DNA of 64,000 bases, taken from positions 12,524,001-12,588,000 of the forward strand of contig NC_043021.1 of NCBI RefSeq assembly GCF_006345805.1. The letters run 5' to 3'. The first letter of the stretch is position 1. Each line of letters begins with the position of its first letter. Position numbers and translations under genes: made by a program. This document shows, piece by piece, positions 33,801 through 44,238 of the stretch. Origin of the DNA: Octopus sinensis. Lineage: Eukaryota. The notes below the pieces were generated by a model. That model was not told where the DNA came from, did no database searches, and was given only the letters and a program-made list of their open reading frames with translations.

Positions 33801-36800
33801 TCCTCCTCCTCCTTTTTTCTAATTCCTTTCTTCCTCCTTGTTTTTCCTCCTCCTCATTCTTTTTCTTCTCTTGCTTTTCTTCTTTCTTTCTCCTCCTCCT
33901 TTTTTCTGATTCCTTCTCTTCCTCCTCCTCCCATCTTGTTCTCGTTCATTTTCTTCTTCTTTCTTTCTTTCATTCTGCTCTTCCTCTTCCTCCTTCCATG
34001 AGACACACACGTAGTTTACTGGATATCTTGAGAGCTTTCTAGTTCGTCATTGGCAATGCATTTTGACCATCCGTGGCCATCACCTTTTATTCTCTCTGAC
34101 TGAATCCAAGAAGCCTTAAGTTGTTTAGCCTCAAGTCAGCAGACCTATGTTAGAAGGCACTCCACCTATGTCTGTCCCATCTTTTGTTTTTTCAAACATA
34201 GTGTACATGGAAAGCCTTGTGAGTGGATTTGGTAGACAGAAACTGAAAGAAGCCTATTATATATATATATATATATATATATATCAGCATCATCATCATT
34301 CTTTAATGTCTGTTTTCCATGCTGGCATGGGTTGGAGCTGGCAAGCTGGAGAGCTGCACCATGTTCCAGTCTAATTTGGCTTGGTTTCTACGGCTAGATG
34401 CCCTTCTTCATGCCAACCACTTTACAGTGTGGTGGATGCTTTTAACATGGCAACAGCACTATATATATATATCATCATCATCATCATCATCGTTTAGCGT
34501 CCACTTTCCATGCTAGCATGGGTTGGACTCATATATATATATATATATATATATATCATCATGACCGACCAAGCTATCAGATGTTGCTACACATCGCTGG
34601 TCACAATGCGCTTCGCATTGTTTTAGCCTTCAAATGACGCCACCCCGCTGGCTAAGCGAGCAGGCCAACAGAAGAAAGAGTGAGAGAAAGTTGTGGCGAA
34701 AGAATACAGCAGGGATCGCCACCACCCCCTGCTGGAGTCTCGTGGTGCTTTAGATGTTTTCACTAAATAAACACTCACAATGAAATCGCGAGTCTGCTGG
34801 GCCATTATTTATATATATATATATAGGGTTCATAGTTCTATGAGCTGCCTGGCAACCTCACCAGTGCTGGTGGCATGGAAAAAAAAAGCACCCAGTCCAC
34901 ACTGTAAAGCAGTTGGTATTAGGAAGGGCATCCAGCTGTAGAAACCATGCCAAGGCTGATATTGGAGCTTGAAGTAGTCCTTTGACATATCAGATCTTAT
35001 CAAACCGTCCAACCCATACCAGCCTGGAAAATGGACATTGAATGACGGTATGTGTGTGTGTTTTTATGTCTGCGCTTCTCAAAAAATTGCTGAGCTACAA
35101 GCAGTGATGATGATACCATTTCTCCTATCAGCGAATCCTCTGCTGGGTTTGCACCTTTGATGTAATCTGGAATAAGAGAAACCCTTACTTGATGACAGGG
35201 ATAAGAAACTGGTGATGAGGAAAGGTTACCTGTGACGGGTCCAATGTCCTGTTCTTGAAAATGTTTCTTTCATCTGTTTAATACTGCAGAAAGCCGACAC
35301 TTAGTCCACAAAAGATTAGCTTCCTTTGAATTTGTGTATATGTGTACTTGCACCTGCACGTTTGGATGTGTGTGTATGTACATAAGGGTTTAAGTGTGTG
35401 TGTGTTTGTGCATGTGAATTTGTGTGTGAGTGTGTGTGTGAGTATGCACATGTTTGGGTAAGTGTATGTGTGTCCACACACGTTTGGACATGTGTGTGCA
35501 TTTGTGTGTATATGCATAAGTGTTTGAGTATGTATGTGTTTGTGCATGAGAATGTTTGTGACTGTGTGTATATGCATGAGTGTGTGTGTGTATGCATGAC
35601 TGTGTGTGTGTGTGTTTGCACATGAGTGTGTGTGTGTGTGTGTATGTGTAATTACATATATGCTTACTTGCAGATATCACAAACATTTTGGTATCTCCAG
35701 CCATTCCAGTTCGGTTACCTCCGGGACAGATTCACCATGGTGCAGTGTCTGGTAGAGCACAGACTCATGGACGTATCTCTCTTACCAAATCTTCAACTAA
35801 GTTAGGTAAGTAATTTGTCAATTAATAGACTAACATAATATTATTATCATTAACCCTTTCGTTACCAACCCGGCTGAAACTGGCTCTGGCTCTTTCGTAT
35901 AAATGTCTTGTTTTCATAAGTTTTGAATTAAAATCTTCCACCAAACCTTAGTAACAATTTATGTTCCTAACAATAGCTTAATGATAGCAAAGTTAATTTA
36001 CTAAATTCTTTGTTATATCTAAAATAATTGAAAGAAACACAGAGCATCTCAAAATAAATACGGTAATGAAAGGGTTAAGGCAGCAAGCTGGCAGAACCCC
36101 ACCTCCTCCCCCAAGTTTCAGGCCCTTGTACCTGTTGCAAAAAAGATTATATTTATTTCTTTACTACCCACAAGGGGCTAAACACAGAGGGGACAAACGG
36201 ATTAAGTCGATTACATCGACCCCAGTGCGTAACTGGTACTTAATTTATCGACCCCGAAAGGATGAAAGGCGAAGTCGACCTTGGCGGAATTTGAACTCAG
36301 AACGTAATAGCAGACGAAATACGGCTATGCATTTCACCCGGCGTGCTAACGGATCTGCCAGCTCGCCGCCTTATATTGGCAAAATAGCAGAATCGTTAGC
36401 ACGCCAGGCGAAATGCTTTGCAGTGTTTCATCTGCCGATACATTCTCAATTTAAATTCCACCGAGGCCAACTTTGCTTCCCATCCTGTCAGGGCCGATAA
36501 ATTAAGTACCAGTGAAACACTGGGGGTCGGTGTAATCAAAGTAGTTCCCTCTCCCATAGTTTCAGGCCTTGTGCCTTTAGAAGAAGGGATTATGTCATTG
36601 ATCCCTGGCTGGTGTATTGGCAAGAATTGTGCCATAAAAATGCCTTCACCATCATCATCATTATTACTTAACTCTTTCTTCTTCCATGATGGTAAGGTCG
36701 TGAGTTCAATTCCTGGCAGAGCATTGTATCCTTGAGCAAGACGCTTCATTTCATGTTGCTCCATCCACTCCACTCAGCTGGCAAAAATGAATACTCCCTG

Positions 36801-39800
36801 TATTTCAAAGGGCCACTTCATGGCATTTTTTATATCTCTTTACGTTCTAAGTTCAAATGCCATCAAGGTTGACTTTGCCTTTCATCCTTTCGGGGCTGAT
36901 AAAGTAAGTACCAGTGGAGTACTGGGGTCAATGTAAATGAGTTAACCCCAGCTCCAAAGTTGCTGGCCTCGTGCCAAAATTATTATTATTATTAAAGAGG
37001 CAGCAAGCTGGCAGAGTTGTTAGCATGCCAGGCAAAATGTTTAGCGGCATTTTTCTTGACTTTATGTTCAGAGTTCAAACCCTTTTGGGGCTGATAAAAT
37101 AAGTACCAGTTGAGCAGTTCCCCACCCCAGAAATTGCTGGCCTTGTGCCAAAATTTGAAACTATTATTATTATTAATGCAGTGAGCTGCTGGTAGAGTTA
37201 TTAGCACGCCGGGCAAAATGCTTAGCAGTATTTCATCTATTTTTACATTCTGAGTTCAAATTCCACCAAGGTCGACTTTGCCTTTCATCCTTTCGGGGTC
37301 GATAGAATAAGTATCAGTCGAGCACTGGGGTCAGTGTCATCAGCTAACCCCTTCCTATGAAATTTCAAGCCTTGTGCCTATTGTAGAAACATTTATTATG
37401 TAGCCATGTATTTTCACCCTTGTCTCATGCATTTCATCACAAAACCTCTCAACATACCACATCAGTCTTTAACAGCTACAGTGCACTATTTCATTCCAGG
37501 TCGGGGTGCTGGAGAGGTACTAAAGAATTATGTCAATAAAGTAGATCAACCACCAGCAGAAGAGGTAAGGTTTCTTCCTTTTTCCCTCCACCATTATCCT
37601 GTGAGGTGTCTTGTCCCAACTTCTACCAAATGTCTCAAACGTTTCATTTAGTTTTCACAAAAGGTTATATCTACCATATTTTCTATACTTTGTCATCCTT
37701 TTCTCTTGATTAAACTCCCTAATCTATGTCCTCACAACCTTTAGTGTTACCCTCTCAAACATAATAACTTCACCTGTTAGCCTTAAATACAATTATCATC
37801 ATCATCATCATTTAACTTATGCTTTCTATGCTGGCATGTGGAGGCGTGTGGCTTAGTGGTTAGGGTGTCAGCATCATGATCATAAGATTGTGGTTTCGAT
37901 TCCTGGACTGGGCGACACGTGTTCTTGAGCAAAACCCTTCATTTCATGTTGCTCCAGTCCACTCAGCTGGCAAAAATGAGTAACGCTGCGATGGACCGGC
38001 ATCCTGTCCAGTTGGGGAACACATACACCATAGAAACCGGGAAACCAGGCCCACGAGCCTGGCTAAGCTTTAAAAGGGTGCATTTATTTTTTATTCTATG
38101 CTGGCATGGATTGGACAGTTCCACAGGAGCCAACAGACCAGAAGACCACACCAAGCTCCAATGTCTGCTTTGGTCTGGTTTCTATAGCTGGATGCCTTTC
38201 CTAATGCCAACCACTTCACAGAATGTACTAGGTACTTCTTATGTGGCACCAGTGAAGTCACCATGTAACCTGCAGGGCAAGACCCCTCAACCAAAGGAGG
38301 GCTGGGGTAATATTGTAGGAGGTGGCTTTGTCTTAGGAGATGTGGTTAGAGTATGATAGAGGGACAGAAACAGGTGTCTTGCAGTAGAGAAAATATATTA
38401 CAACTAATTACTAAAAGAAAACTAAATTTAATTGTAATTAAAACTGGCGCTCTGTTTGTTGTGATGACGAGTGTTCCAGTTGATCCGATCAATAGAACAG
38501 CTAGCTTGTAAAATTAATGTGCAAGTGGCTGAGCACTCCACAGACATGCGTGCCCTTAACATAGTTCTCAGGAAGATTCAGTGTGACAAAAATGGTCCTT
38601 TGAATTACAGGTAATACTCCCTTTTGCCAGCTGAGTGGACTGGAGCAATGTAAAGTAAAGCATCTTGCTCAAGGACAAAATGTGCCACTTGGTATTGAAC
38701 TACTGTCTACTCTATAGCCTCGGGCTGACCAAAGCCTTGTGAGTGGATTTGGTAGATGGAAACTGAAAGAAGCCTGTCGTATATATGTGTATATATATAT
38801 ATATAAAAAGGAAATGAAGAAAATGCTGACAAAATAATTTAAGTAAGGGAGGGTGTATTTAATTAGGTGAAAGTTCTTTTTACCGGTTGCGCATTTGTTA
38901 TGCTTATCAAAAGATATTTTTTAAAGAGAGATAGAGTTCCTTTCTGATAGATTTTTTTCTCTTATCGTAAGGTCAGGAGTTCAATACTGGGTGATGCACT
39001 GTGTCCTTGAGCAAGGCACTTATTCTATTGGTCTCTTTTGCCAAACTGCTAAGTTACAGGGACATAAACACACCAGCACTGGTTGTCAAGTTGTGTGTGT
39101 GTAAGAGAAAAAAATCTATCAGAAAGGAACTCTATCTCTCTTAAAAAAATATCTTTTGATAAGCATAACAAATGCGCAACCGGTAAAAAGAACTTTCACC
39201 TAATTAAATACACCCTCCCTTACTTAAATTATTTTGTCAGCATTTTCTTCATTTCCTTTTTTTATATATCACAACTCGTGTTCCACATCTCCTTTTTTAA
39301 ATATATATATATATATTTGTGTGTCTTTGTTTATCCCCCCCACACACACCACAACTTGACAACCAGTGCTGGTGTGTTTATGTCCCTGTAACTTAGCAGT
39401 TTGGCAAAAGAGACCAATAGAATAAGTGCCTTGCTCAAGGACACAGTGCATCACCCAGTATTGAACACCTGACCTTACGATCACGAGACGAATATCCCTA
39501 ACCACTAAGCCACACACCTTCACAGTTACAACATGGAAGACTTGTATTGGCCATTCAAAAAACTTACGAAACTATTGAGTTCATTTAAATATTATTTGGT
39601 GTCGTCGTCAAGGGAATGTTCCAGATGGAAAATAAGATGTCAGGAGGCAGAGATCAGACACTGAAGAGGCAAAGAACGACTCACACTTCCTCGTCCCCTG
39701 ACAACCCTCATCATCATCATTTAATGTCCGTCTTCCATGCATGGGTAGGACAGTCAATAGGAGCTGGCCAGGTAGAAGACTACCCCCAGGCTACCATGTC

Positions 39801-42800
39801 TGTTTTGGCATGGTTTTTACAGCTGGATGCCCTTCCTAACCACCAACCACTCCACTGAGTGTTTTTTACATAGCACCATTACCGACTCTTCTATACAAAC
39901 AACCCTTGACCTGGACAGACACCTCAGGCACTTGCATCCTTAGCACCCATCAGGATAAAAAAGCTCAATCACACACTACAGTTCTACTACTTGGACACAA
40001 ATTAATGCTGACGATGACAATTTGGTGCCAAAATTTTCATCACAACAACTGCAACTTGGTTTGTAATTAAAATATTTTAATCTGCTATTATTCAATTTAT
40101 TGACCAACAGGGTTTTTTTTTTCTTACTCCATTTTTCAGGATTGCTGTATCTGTTATGAAAAGATTGACCAGCCATCTGGCTATGGTGATGGCATTGATA
40201 AAGAATGTGTTAAATTAAAGAAATGTGGCCATTTCTTCCACAGATTATGTTTGTATGCCATGTACAATAATGGACATAAGGTAAGTTGTTACTGTCTACA
40301 AATGTTATTCTTTTCCCCACTATCTAAAAAAAAATTATTTCTTAAAGGCACAGGCATGGCTGTGTGGTAAGAAGCTTGCTTCTTAGCCACATGGTTCATG
40401 GTTCAGTCCCACTTCATTGCACCATGGGTGAGTGTCTTCTACTATAACTTCAGGTCTATCAGAGCCTTGTTTGTGGATTTGGTTGGTGGAAACTGAAAGA
40501 AGACTGTCAAATATATATATATATTTATGTGTGTGTCTTTATGTCCGTTTGCTGCCAGTGTTGGTGTGTTTACGTCCCTGTAACTTAGTTCAGCAAAGAG
40601 ACTGATAGAATAAGTATCAGGCTTTAGAAAAAAATAAATATTGGGGTCAATGCATTCAACTAAAAATTCAAGGTGGTGCCCTAGCATGGCCGTAGTCTAA
40701 TGACTGAAACAAGTAAAAGTTCCAATGTGATCTGAAAGTAGTTGTGTATTTATGAGTGTGTATATATATATGAAGTCGAAATCAAACTCGGTGACTGGCA
40801 TCCGTTGCTAGTGGAGCACTAAGAGTACCATACAAGTGAGATCATTGCCAGAGCAACAAGCTGGCCTTCGTGCCGATGGCACATTAAGCACACCATTTAA
40901 AGCGTGATCGTTACCGCGTCACCTTACTAGCACTTATGCTGGTGGCACGTGAAACATTCAAGCGAGGTTGTCGCCAGTGCTGCTGGACTGACTCCTGTAC
41001 AGGTGGCACGTAAAAAGCACCATTTGGGCGTGGCTGTTGCCAGTACCACCAAACTGGCCCTCGTGCCGGTGGCATGTAAAAGCACCCACTACACTCTCTG
41101 ACGTTAAATGATGATGATGTATGTATGTAGATTAACACAAACATATCAGACCTCCTAGCAGGTCTGTAGAGTTGGAAGTCAAAAACAGAGATTGCAGTTG
41201 GAGTTGATTTTCTGTGTGCCAATTTCCACAGCCCTGCAACCAGGACTCTATCTGAAATAGAACAATGCCTTGCGAGTGGATTTGGTAGACGGAAACTGAA
41301 AGAAGCCCGTCGTATATATGTGTGTGTGTGTGTGTGTGTGTATGTTTGTGTGTCTGTGTTTGTCTACCCAACATCGCTTGACAACTGATGCTGGTGTATT
41401 TACGTACCCGTAACTTAGCGGTTCGGCAAAAGAGACTGATAGAATAAGTACTACGCTTACAAAGAATAAGTCCTGGGGTTGATTTGACAAACCAGCAAAA
41501 GAGTAAGCAAACAACAGAGCCCCTTCCCAAATCTCAACACATCCTTGTGACCCTTCTGTTCTCTTTAACCATTTTGTCTCCAATGGAATCTGTGTGTATG
41601 TTATGTAGGGTTGTTGTTTTTGTTTAGCCCTAGGCCTGCAGATCTATGATCAGGAAGAGATTTTAGCTGTAACCATCTCATTTGTTTTGTTTTTCGAACA
41701 TCTTACATAATGCAATTCTATATAAAATGTGTTGGTTTTTTTTTTTTTTTAGAAAGTAGGGTGATTCGACTTCTGTTTCTAGAAAAATCAAGCAGCCATG
41801 TACAGACTTCCTGGTGTTGATGAATCCATGTGTATGAGGGGTGAAACTATGTATGTGTGTGTGTTCTCCAACAATTTGGTGCGACACCAGTGCAGAATTA
41901 CCTCCCTCCGACAAGTCATCCTAATGAGACGTCTGTGTTGGCTGGGTCATGCCCTCTGTCATCAACCAGGAGAATTCATCTACGAAGCAATTGCCCGAGC
42001 TCCCCTTCAGGGTTGGCGAAAGTGATGTGGTGGACAACAAAAAACCTGGCTGACGACAGTCAAGGCTGATCTGGAGCCCAACCTTGGCCACGGCGTTCGC
42101 TGCTGGAATAGGGAGTGGTTAGAGATCACACAGTCGTTAGCCTCAAATCGCCAGACCTGGTTGGCGTTTGTGAGAGATGCAGCATTGAGGATAAATGAAG
42201 CCTGCTCAACCCACCCTGGGTGAATGCTGTCTCAAGACAAGTGTGTGTGTGTGTGAGACTGTGTATGTGAGACTGTGTGTGAGAGAAGTAGAGAAAGTGG
42301 GGTGGTCTTTTATCTTGTCACAAAACTATATCAACAGCTGTTTCACTCAACCGGTGTATATTTATTTCAGGATGATAGTATCCAGTGCCCGACCTGTAAG
42401 ACCATATATGGTAAGAAACTTGGTAACTGTCCAGATGGTGAGATGGACTACATAACAATTCCAGAATCCCTACCGGGATATCAGAACACTGGAACCATCC
42501 GAATATTATACGACATCAAAGCTGGTATTCAGGTAAGACATAGAGTTACCTGTTTCTTTGATATTGGTGGTGCTGTTGTTGTTGTTGTTTAGCTTTGGTC
42601 ACCCTTGATCAATCAGACTAACCTAGGTTTCAGGTGTGAGCATCCTATCTTTTATTCAAAACATTCACCATAACATAGTGGTTCAGCAAAAGAGATTGAT
42701 AGAATCAGTACCCAACTTAAAATATGAGTGCCGATGTCTACTCATTCAATGCAGTGCCCAAGCACGGCTACAGTCCTGTCACTGGAATAAGTTAAAAATA

Positions 42801-43390
42801 TGTGTACATATGTCTATATACATTTATGTATGTGCTCACACAGTAGGAGTGTTAATACTGCTCCTCTTACTGAAGAGGATTGGCCAGCAAGAGCCCTGTG
42901 CCAGTGCCACATGAAAAGCACCTGTTCTGGAGCCTCTGCCAGTACCATTTTAAAAGCACCTAGCACACTCTGTAAAGTGGTTGGCTCTGCTCAAACTGTC
43001 CAACTCATGCCAGCATGGAAAATGGACATTAAAGATGGAGAAGGAGAATGTTTTTTTTTCAATTTCAACTTAACACTTTGTCTTTTTACAAATGACTGTT
43101 AATTAGTTAGTTAATCAATAACAATTAATGCTAATGGTATTTTTTCATTTACAGGGTCCTGAACATCCTAATCCTGGTAAACGGTTCACGACCAAAGGAT
43201 TTCCTAGGTGTTGCTATTTACCTGAGAACGAGAAAGGAAGAAAGGTAATGTGTGTGTTGTATTCCTATGGTTATTGAGTACAGTGGGCAAAAGGCCATCA
43301 GGTTGGTTGGGGATATATATACATACATATATATATATATACATACATACATACACATACATATATATATACACATACATATATATACAC

Positions 43391-43437
<47 letters not shown>

Positions 43438-43964
43438 GTAATTATTTGCAGAATCCAATTGAATTGAGGTATTTTAATGACACCAATTTATAGTCATGAA
43501 TAGCATGTCCGTGTATCAACAGTATGGCATAACTAAGAAGCTTTGTTTGACTCAAACCCTTCAATGTGGTGCTCCAGCATGACTAAAACAAGTAAAATAG
43601 ATAAATGATTTTTTTTCATTTGTTTTATTTATAAAATTTTTCATGTTACATCAATTTAAAAATTTATTTTTTATAGGTTCTAAGTTTACTGATAAAAGCC
43701 TGGAAAAGACGTTTAATCTTTACAATCGGGACATCCACAACAACAGGGGAGGCCAACACGGTCACATGGAATGAGATCCACCACAAAACAGAGCTATACA
43801 CCAACTACACCGGACACGGTTACCCAGATCCTAACTACTTAGACAACGTACTCCTCGAGTTGGCCGCACAGGGCGTCATTGACGATGGCTCCAGTGACGA
43901 AAGTGACTCAGAGATAAAAAGCTCTTCTCTGGACTCAGGTGTTGAAATGGCAGTTAGCAGTTAA
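13584..43964 (+). CDS. DTX1: Deltex family E3 ubiquitin ligase (WWE-WWE, Q/H-rich linker, RING-H2, DTC), 9-exon model, 986 aa
   Basis: Exons 13584-13788, 17944-19801, 23426-23445, 35674-35805, 37500-37564, 40140-40280, 42371-42532, 43155-43244, 43677-43964 all have GT-AG boundaries with matching phases and sum to 2961 nt. Deltex hallmark motifs are present ([14 protein letters not shown], CxxC..CGHxxHxx[21 protein letters not shown], [17 protein letters not shown]). It is a pro-orthologue of DTX1/2/4, so the symbol is approximate. Confidence 0.93.
15515..15778. repeat. 66-bp tandem repeat x4 inside a SINE-tail element
   Basis: Units start at 15515, 15581, 15647 and 15713. Confidence 0.88.
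15985..16595 (-). mobile_element. RTE-clade LINE fragment, same family as 6436-7175
   Basis: Reverse complement gives [32 protein letters not shown] and GRGRPRKTW. Confidence 0.88.
17944..19801 (+). CDS. DTX1: Deltex exon 2 (WWE2 plus polyQ/polyH low-complexity linker)
   Basis: Acceptor (T)n-ATTCTTCAG at 17943; in frame [26 protein letters not shown]; continuous with ORF 18045-19805; donor AA|GTAAGT at 19802, phase 2. Confidence 0.92.
20105..20527 (+). mobile_element. tRNA-head SINE family B, tandem pair (others at about 17560-17760 +, 36150-36365 -, 61280-61465 -, 62030-62240 -)
   Basis: GGCGAGCTGGCAGAAACGTTAGCACG head; GACTTTGCCTTTCATCCTTTCGGGGTCGATAAATTAAGTACC core; the second unit lacks the head. 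Confidence 0.85.
20815..21185 (-). mobile_element. RTE-clade LINE 3' fragment, same family
   Basis: [16 protein letters not shown] on the minus strand; aligns by eye with 15985-16330. Confidence 0.8.
22339..22545 (+). mobile_element. Tc1/mariner transposase C-terminal relic
   Basis: SPDCNAMDY...[10 protein letters not shown]...LPR..RNAC...EGSYFE*, frameshifted. Confidence 0.7.
23426..23445 (+). CDS. DTX1: Predicted 20-nt Deltex microexon (N-LPHTCS-D)
   Basis: TTTGTTATAG|CTTGCCACACACCTGTTCAG|GTAATG; converts phase 2 to phase 1, as needed to join exon 2 to 35674. Confidence 0.55.
23995..24215 (+). mobile_element. piggyBac-type MITE, 221 bp, copy 1
   Basis: TTAA|CCCTTT...AAAGGG|TTAA. Confidence 0.88.
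24237..24457 (+). mobile_element. piggyBac-type MITE, 221 bp, copy 2
   Basis: TTAA TSD, CCCTTT/AAAGGG termini, homologous to copy 1. Confidence 0.88.
25795..26141 (+). mobile_element. Helentron-associated (HINE/DINE-1-like) non-autonomous element
   Basis: 5' subterminal ACCTCTGCC (25815-25823) and 3' hairpin TACCTCTGCC-ctcactaa-GGCAGAGGTA (26113-26140). Confidence 0.7.
26655..26885 (-). mobile_element. RTE LINE 3' end with (GATA)n tail
   Basis: [36 protein letters not shown]-like..VTESR. Confidence 0.85.
28125..28510. repeat. 28-36 bp minisatellite (TATGTATGTGTGTCTATGTATGTATATATACA)n
   Basis: About 11 units, lengthening by TA/TATC insertions from left to right. Confidence 0.9.
29925..30420. 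repeat. About 32-34 bp minisatellite (GTGAATATGTGATTGTGTGTGCATGTGTGTGT)n
   Basis: About 14 direct units. Confidence 0.92.
30928..31162. repeat. Diverged fold-back, about 77-bp arms
   Basis: 30928-31005 vs 31087-31162, with several mismatches and indels. Confidence 0.8.
32652..33062 (+). mobile_element. mariner 5' relic (TIR-like end plus HTH)
   Basis: GGTATCAAAAAGTTCCTGGACT end; [37 protein letters not shown]. Confidence 0.85.
33319..33537. mobile_element. hAT (Charlie-like) MITE, 219 bp
   Basis: TIRs CAGTGGTTTTCAA / TTGAAAAGCACTG; perfect 8-bp TSD CACTACAG (33311-33318, 33538-33545). Confidence 0.92.
35674..35805 (+). CDS. DTX1: Deltex exon ([22 protein letters not shown]...STKL)
   Basis: CTTACTTGCAG acceptor and TAG|GTAAGT donor; open only as phase 1-1; resembles the Deltex MTGILL..AGLPV segment. 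Confidence 0.8.
   Translation: MSQTFWYLQPFQFGYLRDRFTMVQCLVEHRLMDVSLLPNLQLS
35854..36074 (-). mobile_element. piggyBac-type MITE, 221 bp, copy 3 (inverted)
   Basis: TTAA TSD; reverse complement of copies 1 and 2. Confidence 0.88.
37500..37564 (+). CDS. DTX1: Deltex exon ([22 protein letters not shown])
   Basis: TTTCATTCCAG acceptor, GAG|GTAAGG donor, phase 1-0; matches the pre-RING V..Y..KV..PP.E motif. Confidence 0.88.
37840..38065 (+). mobile_element. tRNA-head SINE with V-domain-like core (also at about 60480-60790)
   Basis: TGGCTTAGTGG / GTTTCGATTCC boxes followed by CTTGAGCAA..CATTTCATGTTGCTCCAGTCCAC. Confidence 0.7.
38801..39269. repeat. Fold-back, about 164-bp arms, 137-bp loop copied from 39341-39480
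   Basis: 38801-38964 vs 39102-39269 are near-perfect; the loop is the reverse complement of adjacent downstream DNA. Confidence 0.93.
40140..40280 (+). CDS. DTX1: Deltex RING-H2 exon (DCCICYEK...[20 protein letters not shown])
   Basis: 47 codons, canonical splice sites, C3H2C3 ligands. Confidence 0.96.
41850..42240 (+). mobile_element. RTE-like LINE 3' fragment
   Basis: RRLCWLGH...[15 protein letters not shown]...ASNRQTW; in-frame stops. Confidence 0.75.
42371..42532 (+). CDS. DTX1: Deltex RING end / DTC start ([14 protein letters not shown]...DIKAGIQ)
   Basis: 54 codons, TTTCAG acceptor and CAG|GTAAGA donor. Confidence 0.96.
43155..43244 (+). CDS. DTX1: Deltex DTC exon ([30 protein letters not shown])
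   Basis: 30 codons, canonical splice sites. Confidence 0.96.
43677..43964 (+). CDS. DTX1: Deltex terminal exon ([18 protein letters not shown]...ELAAQGV plus acidic tail, stop)
   Basis: 95 codons plus TAA at 43962-43964; DTC motifs IHHKT and GHGYPD. Confidence 0.96.
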   Translation, partial: VLSLLIKAWKRRLIFTIGTSTTTGEANTVTWNEIHHKTELYTNYTGHGYPDPNYLDNVLLELAAQGVIDDGSSDESDSEIKSSSLDSGVEMAVSS

Positions 43965-44232
43965 GTAGTGTGTGTCGTTAGTCCTAACAACACACCCCTG
44001 ACACTCATAGATTTCAGTTTAATCAACGTATGTTATATATTTTTTTTATATAATTTTCCTATTCCTAAATTTTCCACTGCCCCCCTCCTCCTCATTTCAA
44101 TTAAAATTTTACCTTGTCTTGGTGACTAATGTTTTAGAAATCGAAGAAGTCTGTTCTCGTTAAGCTGATTTAGTCTCTTTTTTCTTTTCATTTCCTTCAC
44201 TTTGGTGTATAGTATCACTTCTCATCTTTAAT

Positions 44233-44238
44233 AATAAA
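44233..44238 (+). terminator. Candidate Deltex polyadenylation signal AATAAA
   Basis: AATAAA about 270 nt after the stop, within U-rich sequence. Confidence 0.35.
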
